From assembly GCA_017499595.2 (NCBI GenBank), contig CM039008.1, positions 1,116,001-1,180,000 of the forward strand: 64,000 nt of DNA, in the 5' to 3' direction. Below are positions 39,770 through 50,013 of the stretch, one piece after another. A program made the translations under genes and the position numbers. Position 1 is the first letter of the stretch; the number at the start of each line of letters is the position of its first letter. The notes beneath the pieces are model-generated. The model saw only the letters and a list, made by a program, of their open reading frames with translations, did no database searches and had not been told where the DNA came from. This DNA is from Psilocybe cubensis. Lineage: Eukaryota.

Positions 39770-42462
39770 ATGTCACTAGGAGGCCTACTGCTCCTCGTAA
39801 CAGCAACATGGTGCTCCATCTACGCCTTACACCACTACTTTTGGCTTCGGCCTAACACCATCCCCAACCCCCTCCTCCCACTCACAACCCGACCTCTGAC
39901 GCACAGACCCAGACGCAGAGGAGCACATGGGCACGGGCACTGGCACATCACTCTCACACCCTTCCACCTCCGCATCAGCACGACGAGGTGGAATAGCGCA
40001 CACGCCCGGCTCACCGCGTACCTCGCCCCTCCCCCACCACCCGCGCGCACCCGCAGGCCGAAGCGCGGGGCACGACTGGCACATGCGCTCATGGGGTGGG
40101 TGTACGACGCCGGGACGGTGCTCTGTATGGTAGGTATGCTCGTGGCGGTCGCGGTGCTTGTGTACATGTTCTTTGTCTCTGGATGGAGGGTGGTGGAGAA
40201 GGTATTGTTTGCGCGGCATACACCGGTGCGTCTGATGAAAAGGGCTTTGACGGAGTCTGCTCCGACTTTAAGCAGCGCACCGCGTCTGCCTTCCATAACG
40301 CCCATCGTACGTCCCACCAATCTTCTTTTATCTTGAAGAAAAACACCAACGAAACACAGATCCCCGGGCTCACCGTCCCGCTGAGCGACCTCCCGCTCAT
40401 CGTCCTCGCCGCCGCCTCCTGCCAGATCATCCACGAGCTCGGGCACGCCCTCGCCGCCGCCCGCGACGCTCTCCCGATTCTCTCATCCGGCGCATCCCTC
40501 CTCGTCTTTCTGCCCTCCTTCTTCGTCGCCTTCCCTTCATCCCCCTCCCCATCCCCCTTCGCTTCACCACACCACACAACACCAACACTATCCACCCTCC
40601 GGCCCCGCGCACGCGCACGCATCATCGCCGCCGGCCCATTCCACAACCTCCTCTTCTACGCCCTCATCGCCCTCATTGTCCCATGGACACGCATCCCCCG
40701 CGCCGCCGTCTTTCTCGGGGGTTATGTCGATGTTAGCACGGATAAAAGCCGTGTAGGCGGCCGAGTCGTCGTTAGTGTTAGCCAGGTGTGTCCTTGTTTC
40801 TTTCGTCGCTTTTCGTCCATTTTTCACCTCTCCTACTTTCTTATTTATTAAAATGAACATGAACCCAGGACTCGCCGTTGGCTCAGCACATCCCCCGCGG
40901 CGCGCTCATAACGTATCTGGACGACACATCCCTCTTCCTCTCCTCCGCCTCCTCTCCTTCCCCACCCCCCTCATTCTTCGCATCCCTGTTCTCCACTAAC
41001 ACTCCAGATCCATGGACAGCGTACCTCACCGCGCCAAGTCCAAGTCCAAGTCCAAGTCCAAGTCCAAGCTCACATTCACATTCACAACTAGAGCCGCAAC
41101 TAGAGTCCCAATCAGAGCCAGAGCAGGTGCTGGGCTGGTGTATACCCACCATCGAATTCGGTGTGTTCTCTCGCTTTTTCTTTTCCCTTTTCCTTTATAT
41201 ATATATAGCTCTCGCTCTCGCGCTTTGTATTATTTATCGGAACGTTTACCTGTTTAACCGGGATTTATCACGCAGAATCATCCGATGCGTGTTGTCCCTC
41301 TCCCTCCCCATCCCCTCTCTCCCCGTCCCCGTCCCCTTCTAACAATAACAATAACACAACGCAAACGGAAACTAGAACATGCTTCACCTCCCTCTCCCCC
41401 TCAGCGCCTACCCAAGGACAAAGACAAAGACAAGGGTGCATCGACCCCGTCCCGCTTCTCACACTTCCCTTCTCCCATCCTTTCCCCTCTGCACACACGC
41501 ACACGCACACGCACCATACAATCCCCGCGAAGTATAAATCCCAAATCCCCGCGAACAGGTGTTTCGAGGCGCGCGATTGTAGCGCTGGCTCCGAGGATAA
41601 GGATAAGGAAAAGGAAAAGGAGGAGAAGTATACATACACATGCGCCGCGCCGCACGTGCGCGCGGGTGCGGATGCTGGGTTGATGCGGATCGCGTACCTC
41701 CCTGATGCATATTCGTATTCATATGCGTATGCGGATGTGTATGGGGATGCGGATGCGTATGCGGATATGTATGGGGAGAGAGATCGCGCTGCAGAGGCTG
41801 AGAAGGAAAGGGTAGTATTATGGTCCGGTCCACGCGCGGAAGTGTACGAGCAAGGTTCGTGTTTCGTCTTTCGTCTTTCGCGTTCGTGTTCGAGTTCAGC
41901 TATTTTGATGTTACCTTCGTCTCATTCATCACATCTGACCCGCTTTGATGTTTCTGTTTATGATTATGGTTATGTTTACGCTTACGCCCATATTTACCCG
42001 TTTACCGTTTACCGTTTATGCTTATGCTCACCCCACATTGACGCCCCGCCCGCGCTCACGAACTCACCTACCCACTCCACTCCCATACCCATATACTCCC
42101 ACGCCCCCTCCCACGCCCACCCACACCCACGCCCACCCACACCCACGCTCACACGCCCACGCCCGCGAACTCACCCACGCGCTTATGACCACCCTCACAA
42201 CGCGCAGTCCAAGTATCGACATACCTCCCCCGCGCATCTCTGCGCGCCATATGGCCGCTCTGGCTCCCTTTGCTCGTGGTTTCGTTTTGGGAGTACGTGT
42301 TTCTCTCTTTTCCTCTCTTTTTTTTTACTCTGTTTTTTTCCCTCTGTTTTGTTTTTTGTTTTGTCTTTTATTTGAATCTCTTGTTAATACCTTGCTGATA
42401 TCTCCCAAATCTCTCTCTGCGTTCCCGTTCCTATTCCTATTCCTACCCCCTCCCCCTTTTCC

Positions 42463-42525
<63 letters not shown>

Positions 42526-43107
42526 CCCCCCCAAAAAAAAAACGAACAAAAACATAAAAACAGATACCTAAAACTAACCACCCTCTCACTCTACATCTTC
42601 AACCTCCTCCCGCTCCCGCGGCTCGACGGCATACAGCTCCTCTCCGCCCTACTCGATTGCCTTTTCATTGTGCTCAACCGTGTGCTGTGGTTGCGGTTGC
42701 GTAGCGACGCGGACGCCGACGTCGAGGCTGAGGCTTATGACGATGATGATGACGATGATGATGATGATGAGGAGGAGGATGAGGAGGAGGAGGAGGAGGA
42801 GGAGGATGATGATGAGGGGGATGATGAGGGGGATGAGGAGGATGACGATGACGAAGTGCCAGAGGACATCGCGTTCACATTCGCGTTGACACAGTACATC
42901 CCCGCGGTCGAAGCTGGCGGAACGCGCACACACACGAAACGCCACCGCCTCGCACAAAACCGCAAACGCAAACGCAAACGCAGACAAAGGCAAGAACAAG
43001 AACAAGAACGGCTCAAAGACTGCGTGATGCGGTACACGCCACGATGTGTCCTTGCTCTGGTGGTGGGGTGTATCGTTTTGGGTTTGGTTGGTGTGGTGGT
43101 GGTTTGA
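39770..43107 (+). CDS. Site-2 protease (peptidase M50, MBTPS2/Stp1-like), spliced
   Basis: TPI-IPGLTVP, zinc motif IIHELGHALAA, RIIAAGPFHN, VLWSGPRAEVYEQ-VQVSTYLPR, third zinc ligand in FNLLPLPRLDG, final TM segment. Confidence 0.92.
42465..42522 (+). repeat. (CA)29 microsatellite in the last S2P intron
   Basis: Read directly. Confidence 0.95.
42739..42855 (+). repeat. Coding GAN trinucleotide tract (poly-Asp/Glu) in S2P
   Basis: GAT/GAC/GAG run encoding DDDDDDDDDDEEEDEEEEEEEEDDDEGDDEGDEEDDDDE. Confidence 0.9.
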
Positions 43108-44636
43108 AGAAGAGGTTGATGTGGTGGCTTGAAGAAGAGAGGAGTGGGGCTGGGGTGGGGAGGAGAGGGTAAGTTGGAAGGATAAGTTGTGAGGGGGAGG
43201 GGGGGAGAATCGGAGGCGCGAGCGCGTTCACAAAAGTGGACTCGGAGAAGACGCGTTGTGTTGTGTTGTATAATTAAGACCACGTGATTGTGATTGTAAG
43301 TAAAAGTAATGCACCGCATGCGCAGACTCTTTGAGCTGAGCGCTGAGCTTTTCTTTCGCTACGCGTAAAAATGGTTCACTATTCACCGCTACTAAGACTT
43401 GTTCTGATATAAATTTTAAATCCAGTAAGCTGTGTCCCTCCTTCCCTCCCTCCCTCTCCCCCCCCCATAGGCGATATAGCGGGTGGGCCGCGGTCAGCCC
43501 ATGGACTCGGATGACGGTTATAAGTTACGGTTACCATCAAAGTCAGAGACGGTTAGGAGACATAGCGGTCAGTGACTGTTCATAGCGGTCATGACGTTAC
43601 CCCTTCGGCTGTCAATATTCAATATTCAATGCTAACTCAATGCCATCAGCGCTATTCCAAAATTGAACCATGGAAAATCAGAATATTTTAACCAGACTCC
43701 GATCGCGTTTGTCAAACATTACCCGGTCCTTCAAGTTGTTGACCTGAGCGAGCTCAAAATTTAAATGCATGTATGCGTCGCGCGACAAACTATATTCTAT
43801 ATTCGATCTGAAGGAAAGCATCGACTTCAAAGACGATTCCAAGCAACTCAAAAACAAAAAAGACAAAGGCAATTCTCAATTTGATTTGGAGACTCCCACT
43901 CACTCGTGGGACCCGGAGAGCAGAAGAGAGTTTTGTCAAGCCTGAAGGGTTGGGACTCTCTATATTCCAAGCAAGTTCAACTTCATCCTCACCGATCACC
44001 GTAAGCCGGACCGTCGCCTTGCCCAAAATCCAAATGCGCAGAATCCACGACTAAACCCTCAATCTCCTACACCTAAGGGAGGAGATTGCTACACCCATAC
44101 GCCCCACCCACAAGGGTCCACTGCTGCAATTAAAATCTTGCGCCACGTTTGTTGTACGAGCTTTCCATAGTAACGCGTCTACTCCAAATCCATCCGAAAT
44201 GGTAGGTAGAGACACATACGAGCTTGGGCCGAATTTGTTCTGGTTATTGATTCTTCTTAAACTCATGAATCATTCGGAGTATTGGGAAACAAAGCAAATG
44301 AAATCAAGATTTTGTTCATTCGTTCGTTCGTTCGTTCGTTCGTTACAAATACAATTGGTCTACATACTCGATCGTCGTAGACAAACTCAAAGCGTACCTG
44401 TCGAGCAATTTATTTCTCGACCCAATTTCCCTTTATTTTCCCTTCTTTATTTTTATTTGTTTTGATTTTATATTTCCTTTTTATTTTTTGTGGTTCTGTG
44501 GTTTTGTGTTTTGGTGTTTTGGTTGTTTTGGTTGTTTTGGTTGTTTTGGTTTTGTTTTGTTTTGTTTTCCTTTTATCCCATTCGACGTTTATCGTTTTTT
44601 TTTTAATCATCGATTTTTCGGCCATTTATCCATCGG

Positions 44637-45455
44637 ACTCGGGTCTTCAGACGCATCATTGCGTCAACCGCCACAAGGGGGCCACCACACCCATTGGCAC
44701 GACGGAGGGGGAAATGGACATCTGGCGATTATCTATGAAAGCGCATTACACAAGCAGGAAGATTGGCGTACCCCGCCCTCCCAATGGCCGCCATGCAGAC
44801 GACAGAAAGGGAAGGGGGGAGGCCGTTTAATCTGTGGACTTGGTAAGCTGACCCAGGAAGATCGGCGTGACCAACCCTGCTCCGAATGCCGCCGGATGAG
44901 CTCCTGCCGAGGGTGGAGTCGAGGATTGGATTGTGCAAGGTTGTGCTACGAGGTGGACATCAGCTGCACACGATGCTAATAGAAACATTGAGACATACTA
45001 GTTGTATAAGTGCAGGGCGGTACACCAGCTGGTCAAGCGCCGTTCGCAAGATGATTGTAGTCGACGAACAGTACCCAGCCGCTGGCGAATTCACTCGGCT
45101 CTTCAGACACATCATTGCGTCTCTAGAGGCCACCACACCCATTAGCACGAAAGAGGGGGAATGGACATCTGGCGATTATCTATGAAAGCGCATTACCAAG
45201 CAAGAAGATTGGCGTACCCCGCCCTCCCAATGGCCGCCATGCAGACGACAGAAAGGGAAGGGGGGAGGCCGTTTAATCTGTGGACTTGATAAGCTGACCC
45301 AGGAAGATCGGCGTGACCAACCCTGCTCCGAATGCCGCTGGATGAGCGCCCGCCGAGGGTCGTCGAGGATCGGGTTGGATCGGATTGTGCAAGGTTCTGC
45401 TATGAGGAGGATGTCAGATGTGCACAGTGAGGACAACGACGTAAAACATACCAGT
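44637..45455. repeat. Two diverged direct copies of a ~330-360 bp unit (about 44637-45003 and 45093-45455)
   Basis: Shared core ATGGACATCTGGCGATTATCTATGAAAGCGCATTAC...GATTGGCGTACCCCGCCCTCCCAATGGCCGCCATGCAGACGACAGAAAGGGAAGGGGGGAGGCCGTTTAATCTGTGGACTTG...CCAACCCTGCTCCGAATGCCGC, nearly identical in both copies; period ~450 bp. Confidence 0.93.
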
Positions 45456-48400
45456 AATGACGGACGACGTTATCTAAGACCACATATAAGTGGCCTAGCT
45501 TCGTTTGTATGACAGAGATAATTGTCGGTGTTGGGCATTGTCAGTGGCGGCGGCATATCCAACCACAGGATGCGGCGAGCTGGTGACATCGAAACATCGA
45601 CGGTGATATCAAAAGTGCATGAACATTTCTACACAGCCAAGATGTCAGTGGACGATCGCAAAAGGTCAAATGATAAGACACACCGATCGGGCTCTTCGAT
45701 AATATCACGGACTCGCACTCGATTGCGAGAGGCGGCTGAGGTTGGGTATGACAGAGGTAGACGCCATCGCTGTAGAGGGGATACTAAATCGCCCAAGAAT
45801 ATGCAAGCCTGAGGGCGAGTGCGCTGCGATGGTGGTGGTTTGAAAGCAAGAAGGAACGAGCACCCAGACAGGTTTATATACCCCTCCGGCTCAATATGCT
45901 CTTGTTTGCACAATCCCACCATCTCCGCTCGAACTGAATAGCCTATCCAATCATCGCCATCGATTCGACCAGCCAGCCGTGAACATCCGGGCCTTCTCTC
46001 CCCTCAATCAGCGTAAAACCTCCGCTGAGAAGAAGGAAAAATTATCCTTTTATCCTTATCGTTTCTAATCGCAGACAAAACACAACAAAAAAACCGAGAA
46101 ATTGTCGAGAACGGAGGTAATAGTAGCATTATCCATTATCTGGGGTTCTCTTCGACATCCAGAGCGTGGCATGGAAGAAGTGTCGTGCCTACCGCAGCGT
46201 TGCAGACGACGCCACTCGGCATCTAAAAGGCCTCGTTATCTTCCAGCTGCAGTCTCCAGCCGATGATATATGCAGACCACGGATTACAGTATACGCAGCC
46301 CACTAGCACCAGCAGCACCAGCCAAGTCATAAAGATTCAACGCCGCAGTTACAGTCGTCAGTGCGCACACGCAACATCGAGGCGAGACCACCAGAAAAAA
46401 AAATTCCCAAGAACCGAAGAACCGAGCGCGTCCCACAGATCTGGGAACGAGCATCCCAATCGAGCGCATGTAGGCGTTGGGCCTTGGACGTCGTGGCCGC
46501 GGTCCAGCGCGTTTTTCCCACCGCAAATACTTGACATTATTATCATCATTATCAATCCAATCAAGATCAATGAGTCACGATTACCACTGTCCTTGTATAG
46601 CTGATGGTGATTGGCCTGCAGAAAGAAGACGCCCGATCAAGTACAATTATGAGGCGTCTTTTCAGAAGATGTGGATAAGGAGAAAAGGAAACAGGAACCA
46701 AGTAGCCCGGGATTTGGCCGCACTTTGACAAGGCCCTGTACCGGTAATTTCCGAGGCTTGCTCAGCATGTTCTCACGCCAGTCATAAGAATACTATTATA
46801 GGCTGTACGAACTTGAAGCTTGAACGCGAACGCGAACAGCCATGAACGCGTTGAACCCATATCTTTCTTGTCCATACGATGCATCAGTTCACATAAAGTT
46901 GTTTACAACCGACCAAGGATATGCTCATACTATATGATTCAGAACGAGAAGACGACGAATCTCGCGATGTGGATGGGTGCGTATCCTCAAATGCAGAAAA
47001 TGCATGCGGCTCCGAGTCCTCTAAGACTGTAGACAACATATTCAGCTTAAACCACCACATAATCAACCGCACCCAAAGGTCTCTCAACTTAAACGGCTTA
47101 AATCCAGACCCCCAAATTCAAATTCATGATTCCATTCGTCAACATTCAACGTTACCCATTCATTTATCTACACACTCGTAATAGCCCAACAAGACCCAGC
47201 TAGTTCTTCGCCGCACGTTTAACTTCAGCTCCATTCCATTTCCAACGCGCCGCTTCCAATCCCAATCCCAACCCCAACCCCAACCCCAAGTCTCGCTGTA
47301 CCGCCAACAACGCCAACGCCAACGCCATCGCCAACACCATCATCCGACATCCAACTCCCCAAATTCTCTTTCTTTCCCTCTTCTTACAGTAAAAAAACGA
47401 GCAATCAAAAACTCTACCTCCACCTCCACCTCATCCACAGTAACAGCAACAGCAGCAGCACTTAACCATATCAAAAGCAACGTACGATACGACATAAATT
47501 GTTAATCTGTAAAACACGAACTTTTTTATATATACCTAATTTGTTCTTCTGTCATGGATAACTCACCGCGATGCTCGTTATCGCTTTCCAAAACGCCAAC
47601 GCCAACGACGACAACCATAAAGACCAAATGGTCTATGGAACAATTTGGAAGTAATGCACATGGGCCACCGGACTTGAAATCCATAGCATCTGTGCCACGC
47701 ATGACTCGAATAATATAAATATCCCGCAATTTTTTCATGGACATCTCCCATCCCAACTTTGAGCCTTATATCGCCCTCCAAGCTATTTGAACTTCAGAAC
47801 CTGTCAAATACACCTTCTCTGGCATTGTCGCCATGTTACTACCGACCGCCTTTGGCGATCGTACTCCACAACAAGAGAGCTTTCTAAAAGGCATGCTTTC
47901 ATTCTCGATGGAATTTGATATCACACAGTGCAGGACGCATGGTACGCCATACCGTAATCCGCCGTAATCATTCCGCCGTAATCATTCTGTAATTAATCAC
48001 CACATAGACCCGCTCTGCCAAACTGCGCCGCCCCCAACGCGGTTGGGTTCGGGAAACCCCTTCCCTACGACGAGGCTATGATCATACCAGCGGTATGAGA
48101 TATCGAGGAGGCGTGGAACATTAACGGTCTCATCACATTTGATGAGGAAACCTACTGGTCATGTCTCACGTTGTCACCCTCTGTAGATTGAACCATGCAA
48201 CGACTACTGCGAACCTAATGAATAGGGTCTCTCCAGTAATCGAATGCATTTCATGTAATTAAATACATATACAATTAGGTAGCATGGTGATGCAGTGCTG
48301 ATTGATATGGGAAGGAAAGGCTCAGAGGGAATCCATTAAATTTTATACATAGTGCTTGCCACCAATGAGTGAAATGATTAAAAATGAACGAAAGGTTTAA

Positions 48401-49401
48401 GGTTGTCTCTTTTTGATGATGTTCTTGGCGAATAAGTTTCTTATGTATTAAAAAGCTTGTGCGATATCCATTTTGTCCAACGAAATGGTCGTGGATATCT
48501 GAGTAGGTCATCCGAATGGCAGTGTCATTTAATCCAGCATATCTCTTCTACATCCTTTAATGCACTTTGTCAAAGTAATTCATTCTTTACTCACCTCTTG
48601 ACACTCGTCCCTTGGGAGTGTGGGAGGGATGTGTATACTAAACAGGCAACCCACTTTCCAAACCAGGCTTGCTTACTTCCATCGATACCCTAAGCACGCG
48701 AAGGGGTGAACGTACTTCAAAGAGCATTTCATCGATCATCCCTTACAAATATCCAAAGATCCCGAATCGCAGTCACGAACCAGAACCAGAGTCGGAGAAA
48801 GCAAGTATACACACAAAACCGAGACCGAAGCCAAAACTCAAGAGTTTGCGATCAGACCAAGGAGCACACAGCAAGATGTCTGTGTCTAAGCTCGAAGCTT
48901 GACCAACTTGAGACCTTGTCCGACCCGACCCAATGGCATCCCACATATAGATCCAATATGGAGCTTCTCAACATCATACAGCAGAAATTTCACGGTGAAT
49001 CTGCAATTTGATGCGCAACTAGAGGGATATATGTGGGTGACTGGAATCGGAATCGAGATGGAGTGTACGGATGGGTGTCAAAGATTCCAACACATGTCGC
49101 CCAAGAAATAGCCAAGTCGTAGAGATTGAGTGAGAGAGAGTGAGAGAGAGAAGGAAATCTAGAATAAAATGAGAATCAAGCGCGGGGGACAGTTGTTACA
49201 CACATGCATAGAAATTTTTATCGGGGAGTCGGGGGCACCATATGTGTTTCTACATGTATAATCCATAAACGCTCCATTATCCCCTCCCCTCTGCACTGCA
49301 CGTCCGGACGCCAACAGTCGCGCTGACACATGGCGCGGAACCGCACCCGCACCCCCAAGCTCGCTCTCGCCGGAAAGAAACTGCGTGTGCCATCTAGGCG
49401 G

Positions 49402-49800
49402 TTACTTTTTCTTGGGCTTGTCGACCTCGATGACGGTGAGACCTAGTAACGGTCAGTATATTGCCTGTGAGAGGAGGAGGGACGGGACGGACCAGGGGGC
49501 AGGCTCTGCTTAAGCTTCTCGGCCTTTTCTGGGTCGTCGATGGAGAGGGTGTAGAGGTACCGCGAGCAGCGGACCTTGAACTTGGTCTGCGTCTTGCCGT
49601 TGGGGACCTTGGATGCGATTTTCTTTATACGCGCCTCTGTGTGTACATTAGCAAAAGTTGACAGAAAGAGGTAGGGGTGCACGCACGAGAGGCATCCTTC
49701 CTCTGGGTGATTTTGATGAACTGCTTGATGTCGCGGATTTCTTTCGGCTGTGCGGGGAGTGAGCAACGCGCACGGACGGGGCAGAGAGTGAGCTCACCAT
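49402..49800 (-). CDS. RPL38: 60S ribosomal protein L38 (eL38), spliced
   Basis: [26 protein letters not shown]...[14 protein letters not shown]...[24 protein letters not shown]. Confidence 0.97.
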
Positions 49801-50013
49801 CGTCGAGGAATCTGGGGGCCTTGGGGGATGTCTACGGCGATGACGGTGGACGGAGCTGCCGATGTGTGGCTTGAACCTTGTTTGGTGGGATTGTACATGA
49901 ATGCGGAGATAGCCGAGTTTATGCCGAGTTATGCCGGTGACGTAATGAAGAGCTCACGTGTTTTGGGAATAGTCCACGTCGGTGGTGTTCGCGAGTTGCA
50001 GCAGTCTCTGACA

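Noticed and set aside
43678..44266. Possible spliced minus-strand gene (GTGAGT donor near 43902)
   Set aside because: I could not assemble a consistent exon chain or recognise any domain; a degenerate gene is not excluded.
44890..44930. Hammerhead-like CGGATGAG-stem-CGAG in the duplicated unit
   Set aside because: The core deviates from CUGAnGA/GAAA in both copies, and stems I and III cannot be built.
44488..44979. Cys-rich ORF with PCRRQK...PCSECRR resembling a Zn2Cys6 cluster
   Set aside because: Cys spacing is wrong, the N-terminus is microsatellite-derived, and the frame is not kept in the second copy.
35825..45455. CRISPR-like or RiPP (MSDIN/KEP) repeat arrays
   Set aside because: The repeats are simple tandem units without unique spacers. 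No signal peptide plus KR-delimited peptide repeats or MSDIN leader was seen, and the context is eukaryotic.
45500..47800. Several 60-113 aa ORFs in the gap
   Set aside because: No recognisable motifs, codon pattern or consistent splice structure.
48100..48190. Hammerhead-like (TGATGAGGAAAC) or HDV-like (minus-strand CCTCCTCG) ribozyme
   Set aside because: No correctly placed CUGAnGA or stem I, and the HDV P3 pairing is absent.
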